A stretch of DNA of 64,000 bases, from the NCBI GenBank assembly GCA_965219095.1, contig CBDCMT010000001.1, positions 384,001 to 448,000 of the forward strand. Direction: 5' to 3'. The notes under the pieces are model-generated. The model saw only the letters and a list, made by a program, of their open reading frames with translations, was not told the origin of the DNA and did no database searches. A program made the position numbers and the translations under genes. The DNA comes from Bdellovibrionales bacterium. Lineage in GTDB: Bacteria > Bdellovibrionota > Bdellovibrionia > Bdellovibrionales > UBA1609. Every line of letters starts with the position of its first letter. Positions within the stretch are counted from its first letter, which is position 1. Shown here piece after piece: positions 1 to 11,772 of this stretch.

Positions 1-93
1 ACTGAAAAAGAATTAGGGAGAAGTGTTATTTCAAGAGAAAACTACTTAAGTAATACTAAGCGATTAAACTCTAAAAAGAGAAATAAAAAATGA
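1..93 (+). CDS. 3' end of an upstream ORF (possibly hsdM or an accessory gene of the type I R-M locus), partial
   Basis: Frame 1 is open from base 1 (TEKELGRSVIS...RNKK*); its TGA overlaps the hsdS ATG (ATGA, 90-93). Confidence 0.45.
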   Translation, partial: TEKELGRSVISRENYLSNTKRLNSKKRNKK

Positions 94-1382
94 AAGAAGA
101 AAAAACAAAAATGACAGAGATTGGAGAGATTCCTGAGAGTTGGGAAGTTGAGAGCTTTTCAAATCTATGTAGCTTTTCGGCAGGAAGAACTCCTGCAAGA
201 AATATAAAAAAGTATTGGGATGATGGAAACTTTCCATGGCTTACTATAGCTGACATGAAGCAAGGTCAAATTATTTTAAAGACAAAGGAAAAAGTATCAC
301 AACGAGCTATGACAGAATGTTTTAGAAAAAATTATGTGAAAAAAGGGACGTTATTGATGAGTTTTAAATTAACTATAGGCAGAACTTGTTTTGCAGGTTG
401 TGACCTTGTTCATAACGAGGCCATCATTTCTATTCATCCTCAAAAAGAGTTAAATAAAATGTTTATTAGCTACTATCTACCTAATATAGACTATAAAGAA
501 TATCAAGATCGCCAGATTAAGGGGAACACTTTAAATAGAGAAAAAATAAGCAGAATCAAAATCCCCCTCCCCCCTCTTCCTGAACAAGAAAAAATTGCAA
601 CGGTTCTTAATAAAATTCAAAGAAGTATCGAAATGAAAGATAAGCTTATTAAGGCAACTCAAGAACTAAAAAAATCTACAATGAAGCATCTTTTTACCTA
701 CGGAACAAAAAAAGAAAAAACAAAAATGACAGAGATTGGAGAGATTCCTGAGAGTTGGGAGATATCAAATATTGATAATCAATTTGATCTAAAACAGGGC
801 AAATCACTATCTTCAAAAAATCAAATAGGTAACTATCTAAAACCGTTTCTTAGAACATCTAATGTTTTTTGGGGTTATTTAAACTTGCTAAAAGTAGATG
901 AGATGGACATTCCTTTAAAAGATAGAGGTGTCCTTGTACTTAGGTATGGAGATTTACTAGTCTGTGAGGGAGGAGATATTGGCAGAACAGCTATTTGGAG
1001 TGAAGAGTTGAGAGAATGTTATTTTCAAAATCACATACATAGATTGAGAGTTAAAAATAAAAAAGAAACTTTTTCACTCTTTTATATGTATTGGTTAGAT
1101 GTTGGAATAAGATTGCTTAAAGTATATGGTACTTTTGGAAATCGTACTACTATTCCAAATTTATCGGGAAAGAGGCTACTTGAATTCCTAATTCCCCTAC
1201 CTCCACTTCCTGAACAAAAAAAAATTGCCTCAATTCTTTCAAAAATAGATGAAAGAATTAAAAATTATGAGGAACAAAAGACAAGCCTCAAGGCCCTCTT
1301 TAAATCTATGCTTAATAAACTTATGACAGGACAAATTAGAGTTCACAATTTAAATATAGACACTTCGGAGGTAGAAAAATGA
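90..1382 (+). CDS. hsdS: Type I restriction-modification specificity subunit
   Basis: Two TRDs bounded by repeated conserved blocks (TEIGEIPESWE x2, IPLPPLPEQ x2); C-terminal LMTGQIRV. Confidence 0.95.
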   Translation: MKEEKTKMTEIGEIPESWEVESFSNLCSFSAGRTPARNIKKYWDDGNFPWLTIADMKQGQIILKTKEKVSQRAMTECFRKNYVKKGTLLMSFKLTIGRTCFAGCDLVHNEAIISIHPQKELNKMFISYYLPNIDYKEYQDRQIKGNTLNREKISRIKIPLPPLPEQEKIATVLNKIQRSIEMKDKLIKATQELKKSTMKHLFTYGTKKEKTKMTEIGEIPESWEISNIDNQFDLKQGKSLSSKNQIGNYLKPFLRTSNVFWGYLNLLKVDEMDIPLKDRGVLVLRYGDLLVCEGGDIGRTAIWSEELRECYFQNHIHRLRVKNKKETFSLFYMYWLDVGIRLLKVYGTFGNRTTIPNLSGKRLLEFLIPLPPLPEQKKIASILSKIDERIKNYEEQKTSLKALFKSMLNKLMTGQIRVHNLNIDTSEVEK

Positions 1383-2422
1383 AAAAGCAACAAAGTCTAA
1401 AAGCTCAAAATAAAGGCCAAATAGTCATCTACACCCCAAAGGGTAGAAAAAAGGGGATTCAAGTCAAATTAGAGCCTGAGAAAGAGACCATTTGGTTATC
1501 TCTTGATCAGATAGCCCAGCTTTTCAATAGAGATAAGGGGGTTGTTTCTAGACATCTAAAAAACATCTATGATTCTAGGGAGTTATCTAAGAATTCAACT
1601 GTTGCAAAAAATGCAACAGTTCAAATTGAAGGGGGCCGCAAGATCACAAGAAATATTGAGTATTACAATTTAGACGCTATCCTCTCAGTAGGCTACAGAG
1701 TCAACTCCAAGCAGGGGGTAGCTTTTCGTATTTGGGCCACAAAAACCTTAAAAGAATACCTTGTAAAGGGCTATGCTTTAAATGAAAAAAGACTTAAAGA
1801 ACGAGAGGACACACTTAAAGACTTAGAAAAAACTATGGGCTTTATGAAAAGTCTTTTGCAAGAAAGAAAGCTTAGCTCAGATGAAAGCTCAAGCCTCCTC
1901 CACGTAATTACAGATTACTCCTATGCCATTGCCACGTTAGATGCTTATGATCATAAAACTTTAAAAATTGAAAAAGTCTCTACTAAAAAAGGTGAAGTCA
2001 TTGATTACGAAAAAGCCTTAAAGGTTATTTCTCAACTTAAAATTGAGCTTATTAAGAAAAAACAAGCTACAGAACTTTTTGGAAAAGAAAGGCAAAGTGG
2101 TCAATTTGAAAGCTCTCTAAATACAATTTATCAAACCTTTGGAGGAAAAGATCTCTATCCAAGTCTTGAAGAAAAAGCTGCTAACCTTTTATATCTTATT
2201 ATAAAAAATCACCCATTTATAGATGGCAATAAAAGGTCAGGGGCTTTTTTATTTATTTGGTTTTTAGAGATAAATAAAATTCTTTACACAAAAGATGGCT
2301 CTAAAAGAATTGCCGATAACGCTTTAATTTCCTTAGCTCTTCTTGTTGCTGAAAGTAAATCTCAGGATAAAGATATTGTCATTAGCCTCATTGTAAATTT
2401 AATCAACAAAAGGAATACATAA
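1379..2422 (+). CDS. RhuM/Fic-DOC family fusion protein
   Basis: RhuM-like N-terminus (YYNLDAILSVGYRVNS, FRIWAT); C-terminal Fic motif HPFIDGNKRSG. Confidence 0.9.
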   Translation: MKKQQSLKAQNKGQIVIYTPKGRKKGIQVKLEPEKETIWLSLDQIAQLFNRDKGVVSRHLKNIYDSRELSKNSTVAKNATVQIEGGRKITRNIEYYNLDAILSVGYRVNSKQGVAFRIWATKTLKEYLVKGYALNEKRLKEREDTLKDLEKTMGFMKSLLQERKLSSDESSSLLHVITDYSYAIATLDAYDHKTLKIEKVSTKKGEVIDYEKALKVISQLKIELIKKKQATELFGKERQSGQFESSLNTIYQTFGGKDLYPSLEEKAANLLYLIIKNHPFIDGNKRSGAFLFIWFLEINKILYTKDGSKRIADNALISLALLVAESKSQDKDIVISLIVNLINKRNT

Positions 2423-2424
2423 TA

Positions 2425-5364
2425 ATGTCAAGATTGGTCACAGAGAAGAAAGTAGTCCAAGAACCTTTTTTGAAATATGCCGATAAAGCAGGTTGGAAAG
2501 TTATTTCACAAGAAGATGCCCTTTCTTATCGAAGAGGAGAAGAAGGCAAGTTTTTCTATGATATATTAGAAAAAAATCTTATCAAACTCAATGAAGACCT
2601 TCTAAGTAAAGAAAACATACAAGAAATTGTACAAAAGCTAGAAGCCATCCCCGATACTCTTGAGGGTAACAAACAAGTTCTAGATTGGCTTAGAGGACAA
2701 AAAACATTTTATGATATAAAAGAAAAAAGAAATAGAAATGTAAAAGTCATTGATTTTGAAAGCTTTGAAAACAATGACTTTTTTGTGACAGAAGAATGGT
2801 CTCAAGTTGGAGTTTCAGGAAAAACTAATAGGGCAGATATAATGCTTCTTATCAATGGCATACCTATTGCTATTATAGAAAACAAAAACTCTAAAAAAAT
2901 AGATGCTATGGAAGAAGCCATAGTACAGCTTAATCGCTACGAGAGAGAAACTCCTGAAATTATCTCTTGCTCTCAAATTTTTAATATAACTCATTTAATT
3001 GAGTATTTTTATGGAGTAACATGGAATTACTCTAGGAAGAATATCTTTAACTGGAAAAAAGAAATTTCAGACAAGAGAGAAAGAAATATTACACTAGAAG
3101 AAGCTATAAAAACTTTTTTTAAAAAAGGAGACTTTTTAATTCTAATAAAAGAGTGGATTTTATTTTTTAATAAAGATAATGAGCTTCAAAAAACAGTCTT
3201 AAAACAACATCAAACAAGAGCTATAGATAAAATTTATAATAGATGTATGGAAGAAAATAAAAATCGAGGTCTTATTTGGCATACTCAAGGCTCAGGAAAG
3301 ACCTTTACCATGATTGCTTCAGCACGTAAGATTTTAGAAAAATACCCTAACGCTACTGTTATGATGATTATTGATAGAAATGAGTTAGAGGGTCAGCTTT
3401 CTGGGTGGATTGATTCTTTAATCGGTGAAAGTCAGCAGAGCCAACAGACTATTCCTATTAGACAAGCTAGATCTGAAAAAGAACTGCAACAACTTTTAGG
3501 ATCAGATTTTCGAGGCTTAATTATTTCAATGATCCACAAATTTAACGAAATAAAAAAGGACAGTTGTACGAGAGATGATTTTTATATCTTAATTGACGAA
3601 GCTCATAGGTCTGTAAATAAAGACTTAGGAACATGTCTTATGGCAGCTCTTCCAAATGCTACTATTTTTGGCTTTACTGGAACTCCAATAGATAGAATTT
3701 CTTATGGCAAGGGAACTTTTAAAATCTTTGGAAAAGATGATAAGAAGGGCTATCTTGATAAGTATTCTATTCAAGAATCGATTGGGGATGGCACAACTCT
3801 AAAACTTAGACATACTATTGTGTCTAACCAAATGAGACTTTCTGATGAACTTTTGGAAACTGAGTTTTTAGCTCAAGCAGAAAGTGAAGGAATTAGTGAT
3901 GTAGAGGATTTAAATAAAGTACTGAAGAAAGCTGTAAAGCTTAAAACTTTTTTAAAATCTAATGAAAGAGTAAAAAAAGTAACAGAATATATAGTTAAAC
4001 ATTTTAGAGAAAATGTTGAGCCACTTGGTTATAAAGCTTTTATCGTTGCAGTGGATAGAGAAGCTTGTACTCTCTATAAAAAGAATTTAGATAAACACTT
4101 ACCAGAAGAATACTCTCAAATTGTCTATTCAAAAGGACTTAATGACTCAAGAGAGCTTTCTAAATATACAATTTCAGATGACAAAGAACAGCAAATAAGA
4201 AAAAGTTTTAAAAAACAAGGTTTTGATCCTAAAATTTTAATTGTGACAGATAAACTACTAACTGGTTATGATGCTCCGATTCTTTATTGTATGTATTTAG
4301 ATAAACCAATGAGAGATCATGTTCTCTTGCAAGCTATTGCAAGAGTTAACCGACCTTACGAAGATAATAGGGGCATACAAAAACCATGTGGTCTTATTAT
4401 GGACTTTATTGGAATTTTTAAAAATATGAAAAAAGCTCTTTCTTTTGATTCCGATGAAGTAACAGCTGTGATTGAAGATTTAGAGCTTTTGTTTAATAAA
4501 TTTAAAGATGTTATAGAAAAAGATTTTAACTATTTACCTCTTTCCTCTTCAATGGAAGGAGGGGATAAAAAAATAGAAAAAATCATATACGAAGATTTTT
4601 CCAACCTAGAAAAAAGAAAAGATTTCATAAAAAAAGTAAAGGAGCTTGAGGCTTTTTATGAGATACTATCCCCTGATCAAAGACTACACCCTTATTTACC
4701 AAGGTATCAAAGGATTATAGAAATTTATAAGCTCTTAATAAATGCTTATCGTGAGAAAAGTAAATTTTTGGGTAGTCTATCAAAGAAAACTGAAAAATTG
4801 ATCCGAGAAAAATCTAAAATCAATAATTTTAATATCGGAAAAACCTTTGATATCAATACTGAAACTTTAAAGAAAATAAAAGAAGATCAAGAAAGTGCTG
4901 ATTCTGTGAAAATTATGAACTTAATAAAAACCATTTTAGAAACTGCCGAAAAAGAAAAAAACGAAAATCCTGTTCTTATTTCTATAGAAGAAAAAGCTAA
5001 CTCTATTTTAGAAAATTTCAAAGAAAAGCAAGAAGAATCAAAAAAATTTTTAGAAGAGCTTTTAAAGTTATCTTGTGAAATAATAGATAGCAGAGAGAAT
5101 AAAAAAAATCTAGGAATGGAAAAAGATGTGTTTTTAATTTATTGGCTGCTTTCAAAATATAAACTAGAGAATTCCAAAACTCTAGCATCAGAGATTGATA
5201 GCTCATTTAAAAAGTTTCAACATTTTAATAGTAACTCTGAAGAATTGAGACAGCTTAAAATTAATCTTTATAGAACGCTTATTTCTTTAATGGATGAAGA
5301 AAAAATGATTAAATTAACTGAAGTTTTAATAAAATCAAGGAGAAAGATATATGAAAGTGGATGA
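2425..5364 (+). CDS. hsdR: Type I restriction endonuclease subunit R
   Basis: Nuclease motif RADIMLLINGIPIAIIENK, Walker A WHTQGSGKT, DEAH, FTGTP, QAIARVNR. Confidence 0.95.
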   Translation: MSRLVTEKKVVQEPFLKYADKAGWKVISQEDALSYRRGEEGKFFYDILEKNLIKLNEDLLSKENIQEIVQKLEAIPDTLEGNKQVLDWLRGQKTFYDIKEKRNRNVKVIDFESFENNDFFVTEEWSQVGVSGKTNRADIMLLINGIPIAIIENKNSKKIDAMEEAIVQLNRYERETPEIISCSQIFNITHLIEYFYGVTWNYSRKNIFNWKKEISDKRERNITLEEAIKTFFKKGDFLILIKEWILFFNKDNELQKTVLKQHQTRAIDKIYNRCMEENKNRGLIWHTQGSGKTFTMIASARKILEKYPNATVMMIIDRNELEGQLSGWIDSLIGESQQSQQTIPIRQARSEKELQQLLGSDFRGLIISMIHKFNEIKKDSCTRDDFYILIDEAHRSVNKDLGTCLMAALPNATIFGFTGTPIDRISYGKGTFKIFGKDDKKGYLDKYSIQESIGDGTTLKLRHTIVSNQMRLSDELLETEFLAQAESEGISDVEDLNKVLKKAVKLKTFLKSNERVKKVTEYIVKHFRENVEPLGYKAFIVAVDREACTLYKKNLDKHLPEEYSQIVYSKGLNDSRELSKYTISDDKEQQIRKSFKKQGFDPKILIVTDKLLTGYDAPILYCMYLDKPMRDHVLLQAIARVNRPYEDNRGIQKPCGLIMDFIGIFKNMKKALSFDSDEVTAVIEDLELLFNKFKDVIEKDFNYLPLSSSMEGGDKKIEKIIYEDFSNLEKRKDFIKKVKELEAFYEILSPDQRLHPYLPRYQRIIEIYKLLINAYREKSKFLGSLSKKTEKLIREKSKINNFNIGKTFDINTETLKKIKEDQESADSVKIMNLIKTILETAEKEKNENPVLISIEEKANSILENFKEKQEESKKFLEELLKLSCEIIDSRENKKNLGMEKDVFLIYWLLSKYKLENSKTLASEIDSSFKKFQHFNSNSEELRQLKINLYRTLISLMDEEKMIKLTEVLIKSRRKIYESG

Positions 5365-5671
5365 ATTAGAAAAAAAATTTAGAAACAGAGTAAAGGCTTG
5401 GTCAAAAAAAATGAGGGTATTCCCTTATGATGTTCGCTTAGAGAGAATGAGGAAAAAATGGGGTTACTGTACTTCAGAAAAAAATGTAAATTTTAATAGT
5501 GAACTCTTGTTTATGGATGAGGCAATTCAAGATTTTGTAATTGTCCATGAACTTCTACACTTAAAAGTGTCAAACCATGGGAAATTGTTCAAATCTCTCA
5601 TGTCAATACATCTTCCTGATTGGAAGAAGGCTGAAAAAAAGCTATCTAAACAGGTTTCGGTTTCTATTTAA
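5351..5671 (+). CDS. M48/DUF45 (YgjP-like) metal-dependent hydrolase, short form
   Basis: KWGYC, VHELLH and NHGKLF motifs; typical position downstream of hsdR. Confidence 0.85.
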   Translation: MKVDELEKKFRNRVKAWSKKMRVFPYDVRLERMRKKWGYCTSEKNVNFNSELLFMDEAIQDFVIVHELLHLKVSNHGKLFKSLMSIHLPDWKKAEKKLSKQVSVSI

Positions 5672-5675
5672 GATA

Positions 5676-6364
5676 TATAGTGCTTCCGCTTAGGTTTTCA
5701 GTTTTTTTTGAGTTGAAGTCTAGTTTTTATTCTAAGGCCTTGATAAAAAGTCATTTATTTTTAAAAATAGTTTCATATGTCAGGGTTTCTATCAAAAAAA
5801 GAGCGAAAAGATTTACTCTATGAACTATCTCTAGAGAAAAATCTTAAATACGTAAAAAGGATTATGACAATTCTCCATTTAGATAAAGGTGAGTTGTGTA
5901 AAGATATTTCCCGTTTTCTTTTCATTGATGAGGGCACGATAAGAGCCTGTAGAGATCGTTATAACAAAGGCGGGATAGAGTGCTTAATCAACGACAATTA
6001 CAACCCTAAAAGGTCCTTTTTAACTAAGAAAGAGGAGAAAATGCTTTTAAAGGAGTTAGAAAAAAGAATTTTTCCGTCATCACAGTCTGTTATTCAGTTC
6101 ATTGAGGAGAATTTTGGTATTACGTACTCAACAAGTGGTGCGATTGATCTTCTCCATCGCCTTGGTTTTTCTTATAAAAAAGCCACAGCGATACCGGGCA
6201 AAGCGAAGAGAGAAGAGCAGAAAAAGTTTGTGCGTAAATACAAGAGAATTAAGAAGAAGGGTGGTCTTGTTTACTTTGCTGATTCCACACATCCTGAGTG
6301 GGGCCCTGCGATTTCATATGGTTGGATAAGAGAGGGTAAGAAGTTTGAAGTGAAGACCAACTCA
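5676..6364 (+). mobile_element. IS630-family element type A, 5' part (transposase ORF from 5777, truncated)
   Basis: Left end TATAGTGCTTCCGCTTAGGTTTTC; HTH and LHRLGFSYKK; homology to the other copies stops at 6364. Confidence 0.9.
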
Positions 6365-6866
6365 CCTGAGTTCGTGCTCAAAAATGTACACTACAGACGG
6401 ACGTTTTCTTGACAAGACTTTTTCCAATAGATCTTAGTATTTTTTCCTGAACTTTATTCAAAGCTACTGTTTTGATAAGTCTAGTTTTATTTTTTCGGTC
6501 ATATTTAGAATTGAAAGTATCAGACAAGATAAATAGCATATAAAGACATGTGATTGAACTCTGTTGTAAAGCCAATGACGAATTGGTCTCAAATTTGTTA
6601 TTCCCTTTAAGGTCCTAAAAAATTTTTCGATTACCTCTTTCTTATAGTACAAATTAACAATATCTTTTGCAGAGATCTTTTTTGTAGAAAATATACAAGA
6701 GTAACCATCAAACTCAGATTCTAAATTCAACCGATCTCTCCTTAATCTTCCTGTTGGAGTAAGGTATTTTTCCAAACCTGGTTTTATATTTTTAGACAAA
6801 AGAATTTGTGCGTTTGCAATTTCGTCCAAACGAGATTCTCTTATATCTAAAGCTCTCCTTTGATTA
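6365..6866 (-). mobile_element. IS1634-family transposase, 3' fragment with terminal IR
   Basis: IEKFFRTLK...LRPIRHWLYNRVQSHVFICYLS; terminus CCTGAGTTC (6365) pairs with GAACTCAGG (ending 12216). Confidence 0.85.
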
Positions 6867-8903
6867 GAGGATGTCCCATTTCTCGGTGGAATTCTGTTCA
6901 AAAATGGAGCAGATAAGAGGACTCCCTGGTGGATTTTTAAGTCCACCTAGGATTTAATAAATATTTAGAATGAATTAAAAATTAAACAAAAGGAGTCCAA
7001 AATGAAGAATACAAAAGAAAAAATATCAATTCAAGAACTATCGGATCACAAGGAGATTCAAGATGCTGTTCATAACTATATGAAGCATAGAATTCTTGAC
7101 GTAATCTACTGGATATTTAATGACGAAGTCACTAAGCTCTGTGGTCCACTATACGATCGAGAGGAAGAATGCATGCGAAATGGAAGCGATCCTGGGTCTG
7201 TTTATGCTCAAGGACAAAGAGTTTCGATTCGAAAGCCCAGAGTTAAAAAAGACGGAAAAGATGTCAAACTGCGAACATACTCTGCTTTGAGAAACTACGA
7301 TGTTTTCACTGAAAAGATTCAGAACCACCTTCTCCATGGAGTTTCAACAAGGGACTACGATCCTCTTTTAGAGGAGATTTCTGGTGGCACAGGAGTTAAG
7401 AAGAGTTCTGTTTCTAGAGCTTTTGTAAATTCCTCTAAGAAGGCTTTAGATGAGATAAGCTCTAAGGACTTGTCTAAGCATGAGTTTGTTTCAGTCATGA
7501 TAGATGGAGTAGGCTTTGGAGATCGTACAGTGGTGGTTGCTTTAGGTATCGACGTGACGGGCAAAAAGCACATTATAGGGTTACGAGAAGGAACTACAGA
7601 AAATTGCGAGCTGACAAAAGATCTTTTAGATGTAATAGTCGCAACTTAATCTGACACGTCTCGAAATGTCAAAGAGATGAAAAGAGGTTACCCTTTTAAA
7701 TAAACAATACCACCCCAAAGGGTGGAGAAAGGATAACAAAAATGACATATCAAGAAAGAATTATAAAATCAAAAGTAGGTCTTTTGCAATTAGCAGAAGA
7801 GTTAGGCAATGTATCTCAAGCTTGTAAGGTGATGGGCTTTTCAAGAGATACATTTTATCGTTACAAGACACTCAAAGAGGAAGGAGGTTTAGAATCATTA
7901 AGAGAGCAAAGTCGTAGAAAGCCTAATTTAAAAAACAGAGTTGATCAAACGACAGAAGAGGCTTGTTTAAGGATCGCTATAGAACTTCCTGCCTATGGAC
8001 AGTTGAGAGCGTCCAATGAGTTAAGGAAAAAAGGAATTTTTATTTCTCCTGCAGGAGTTAGAGGGGTCTGGCTGAGAAATAATTTAGAGACTTTCAAAAA
8101 GCGTTTGAAAGCTTTAGAAAAGAAGTCTGCAGAGGAAGGCTTGGTTTTCACAGAGGAGCAGTTACAAGCCCTAGAGAAGAAGAAACAAGAGGATTTAGAG
8201 TGCGGAGAGGTAGAGACAGCTCATCCTGGTTATTTAGGCTCACAGGACACTTTTTATGTGGGAACTATGAAAGGTGTAGGACGTCTTTATCAACAAACCT
8301 TTGTGGACACTTACTCAAAAATTGCTTTCTGTAAGCTCTATAAAACGAAAACACCTATTACAGCAGCTGACCTTCTCAATGATAGAGTGTTTCCTTTTTT
8401 TGAAGACCATGATGTGCCCCTGCTTCGTATGTTAACAGATAGGGGTACAGAGTTCTGTGGAGTTCAAGATCGTCACGATTATGAGCTTTATTTGGCTATC
8501 AATGATATAGAGCACACAAAAACAAAGGCAAGACATCCTCAAACCAATGGCATCTGTGAAAGATTTCATAGAACAATTTTAGAGGAGTTTTATCAAGTGG
8601 AGTTTAGAAAAAAAGTGTACAAAAGCATAGAAGAGTTGCAGTCTGACCTTGACTTGTGGCTTGTGAAATATAATGAAAGGAGAACTCATCAGGGAAAAAT
8701 GTGTTGTGGTCGAACACCTATGGAAACTTTCCTTGACGGAAAACAAAAAGTAAGGCAAAAGATGATTGAACAGAACGAAAACTGACAGACAGTTTTTTAT
8801 CAACCCAGAAAGGGTAACTGTCAGATCATATAACGTCTATTACATTTTAGAGAACCTTGTTTCTAGAGGTTCAGATAAGGGCTATCTTTTTATTATTGAT
8901 GGT
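6867..8903 (+). mobile_element. IS256-family element (ORF from 7002), interrupted by IS481 and truncated by IS3
   Basis: GVSTRDY, VMIDGV, ALGIDVTGKKHIIGLREGTTEN; coding sequence resumes at 8845-8903 (ENLVSRG...FIIDG). Confidence 0.85.
7631..8844 (+). mobile_element. IS481-family element, complete (transposase 7742..8785)
   Basis: TGTAATAG...CTATTACA ends; TTTTAGA duplicated on both flanks; rve motifs QDTFYVG, TDRGTEF, PQTNGICERFH. Confidence 0.93.
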
Positions 8904-10154
8904 TGAACTTCCCCCAAAAAAGTGGACAGTTTTTATGTTCTTAAAGCCCTCCTTTGTTTAAATTCTTTTGGGCTCATGTATTTCAAGGAAGAATGCATTC
9001 TTACCTTGTTATACCAATCCATGTAAATTGCAATTTTTTTCTCCAACTCTTCTTTCGTTGTACAGTCTTTGTATTCCAGTTCATCCTTCAACGTATGGAA
9101 AAAGCTCTCCACAAACGCATTATCATAACAATTTCCTTTCCTAGACATAGATTGCTTGAGGCCAAAGAATTTCAATTCTTTTCTAAACCCTTCGCAACAA
9201 TATTGAACCCCTTGATCCGAGTGGATTATCAAGCCCTCTAAGTTCCCAGAAACAGATTGGACTGCGGCTCTCAGAGCCTGTTTTGAATGAACCCCGTCCA
9301 AGCTCTCACAGAGCTTCCAAGACTTAATCTCTCGATTATAGACATCTAAAAATACAACCAAATACAGAAATTTATCTCTAAAAGGAATATAGGTTAAATC
9401 CGAACACCATACCTGGTTTTCTTTTCCTGCTTGGCTCTGTCCTGTCTTAAACAACCGAGGAGACTTAATCATGAGAGGGTTATTCTTTGTTGTTCTAGGA
9501 ACATAGGGTTTTTTCTGACGGGCACTGAGATTCTTTAGTTTCATAATTCGAGCTACTTTGTTTTCTCCAGCACTCACTCCGCAACGCTTTAATTCCCTAT
9601 ACACCCTGGGGGAACCATAACAGCCTTTATTTTTTTTAAAAATAGATTCTATGTTTTTCTCCAGATTTTTATCCTTTTCAAGCTTTCCCCTGGTTTTTAA
9701 AAAACTATAAAAACCAGAACGAGATCCTCTTAATAATTCGCAAATGCGAAGCACTGGATGCCCTTTCTCTTTTACATAAAACATAGCCTTAAATCTCATT
9801 TCAGGATTTCCTTTGAAAAAAAAGCCGCTGCCTCTTTCAATATACCTACACTCCGCCTCTCATAGACCAGCTCCTTTTTTAACCTCTTTATTTCCTCCAA
9901 TGCCGAAGCCAAGTCATGGGAAGCTTGTCTTTCTACTTCAGGCTTTAGAAAACGCTTCCAAGAGCTTATCACTTGGAAATTTCTCAGTCCTAGCTTCTCT
10001 GAGGCTTCCTTTGCACCTATTTCCTCTGCCAATTCAATGGCTTGCTTTTTAAACTCTTCCGAGTACTGTTTTACTTTTTCCATTCTTTCTTTTACCTCCA
10101 TTTTATGGAGACTTTAAGAGAAAATTGACTGTCCGCAGAAACAGGGGAAGTTCA
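8904..10154 (-). mobile_element. IS3-family element, complete (orfA 9796..10101, orfB 8933..9799)
   Basis: IRs TGAACTTCCCC...GGGGAAGTTCA; WCSDLTY, HSDQGVQY, GNCYDNAFVESFF; no target duplication. Confidence 0.93.
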
Positions 10155-10912
10155 GACTTTCAAAAAGCGTTTGAAAGCTTTAGAAAAGAAGTCTGCAGAG
10201 GAAGGCTTGGTTTTCACAGAGGAGCAGTTACAAGCCCTAGAGAAGAAGAAACAAGAGGATTTAGAGTGCGGAGAGGTAGAGACAGCTCATCCTGGTTATT
10301 TAGGCTCACAGGACACTTTTTATGTGGGAACTATGAAAGGTGTAGGACGTCTTTATCAACAAACCTTTGTGGACACTTACTCAAAAATTGCTTTCTGTAA
10401 GCTCTATAAAACGAAAACACCTATTACAGCAGCTGACCTTCTCAATGATAGAGTGTTTCCTTTTTTTGAAGACACCATGATGTGCCCCTGCTTCGTATGT
10501 TAACAGATAGGGGTACAGAGTTCTGTGGAGTTCAAGATCGTCACGATTATGAGCTTTATTTGGCTATCAACAATATAGAACACACAAAAACAAAGGCAAG
10601 ACATCCTCAAACCAATGGCATCTGTGAAAGATTTCATAGAACAATTTTAGAGGAGTTTTATCAAGTGGAGTTTAGAAAAAAAGTGTACAAAAGCATAGAA
10701 GAGTTGCAGTCTGACCTTGACTTGTGGCTTGTAAAATATAATGAAAGGAGAACTCATCAGGGAAAAATGTGTTGTGGTCGAACACCTATGGAAACTTTCC
10801 TTGACGGAAAACAAAAAGTAAGGCAAAAGATGATTGAACAGAACGAAAACTGACAGACAGTTTTTTATCAACCCAGAAAGGGTAACTGTCAGATCATATA
10901 ACGTCTATTACA
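10155..10912 (+). pseudogene. IS481 second copy, 5'-truncated and frameshifted
   Basis: Near-identical to ~8089-8844; GACACCAT versus GACCAT (+2 nt) at ~10471. Confidence 0.9.
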
Positions 10913-11772
10913 AATCACTGTTTCCACAACAGAACGTTTTTTCAACATCAACTTGTCAAATAAGGGAATCAATTTATTCTCCATATTTAATTTGACGTTT
11001 GTAATAAGCTTAACTCCCTTTTTTAAAAGCTTTTTGAAAAGGTCTGATGAAATATAACCTTTGTCTCCAAAGAGTTTCCCCACCAGCCCTTTACACAAAC
11101 CTATAACAGGCTTTCGATCATCTACATTTCCCTGAGTTAAGGTAAAACTTAAAAGTTCTCCGAGGTGATTGATAACAATATGGAGTTTAAATCCGAAGAA
11201 CCAGCCCATACTACTTTTGCCTCTTTTTAGCTAACTTTTAGAACACTTTATTTCGTCCTATTCTTTTATTTTTGAAGAAAAATCGATGTGGAATCAATAA
11301 ATGATATGCCGGTGGTTTTACTCATAAGGCTTGTCGAGAAAAGAAACATCAAAAAAGCCATGTCTTTTTTGATGTTCACAAATCGGGAGTAAGACAACAT
11401 TTTAGGAAAATAAGGTTTAAGATAGACTTCTGCAAACTGATAAAAGGCTTTAAAATTCCTAAAGCCAGAACTTTGGAAAAGTAAGCAAAGAGTGATAATT
11501 TCGCTGGGAGACATAGCACAAGAAAAACCTCTTTTATTTTTGGAAACTAGTTCTGGATGCTGCTGTATGAGAGGGGTTAAAAAATCATCGACAAGAACAT
11601 AAATTGATATGATATAATTAGAATTAAACATCTTAGACCTCCTTGTATGTTTTTTTATAACTCTCAAGGTGTTTTTTCTTGTAAGTTGCTTCTTCAAGAA
11701 AATCTTACAAAAGTCTGAGGTATTTGTTTATATTAGCTAGCCTTTAGCCCTGAAAAAAGTCGAAACTCGGGT
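10913..11772 (-). pseudogene. IS982-family transposase, frameshifted, 3'-truncated by IS481
   Basis: SFIDST, GWFFGFKLHIVIN, LFGDKGYIS; terminus ACCCGAGTTTCGAC at 11772. Confidence 0.88.
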
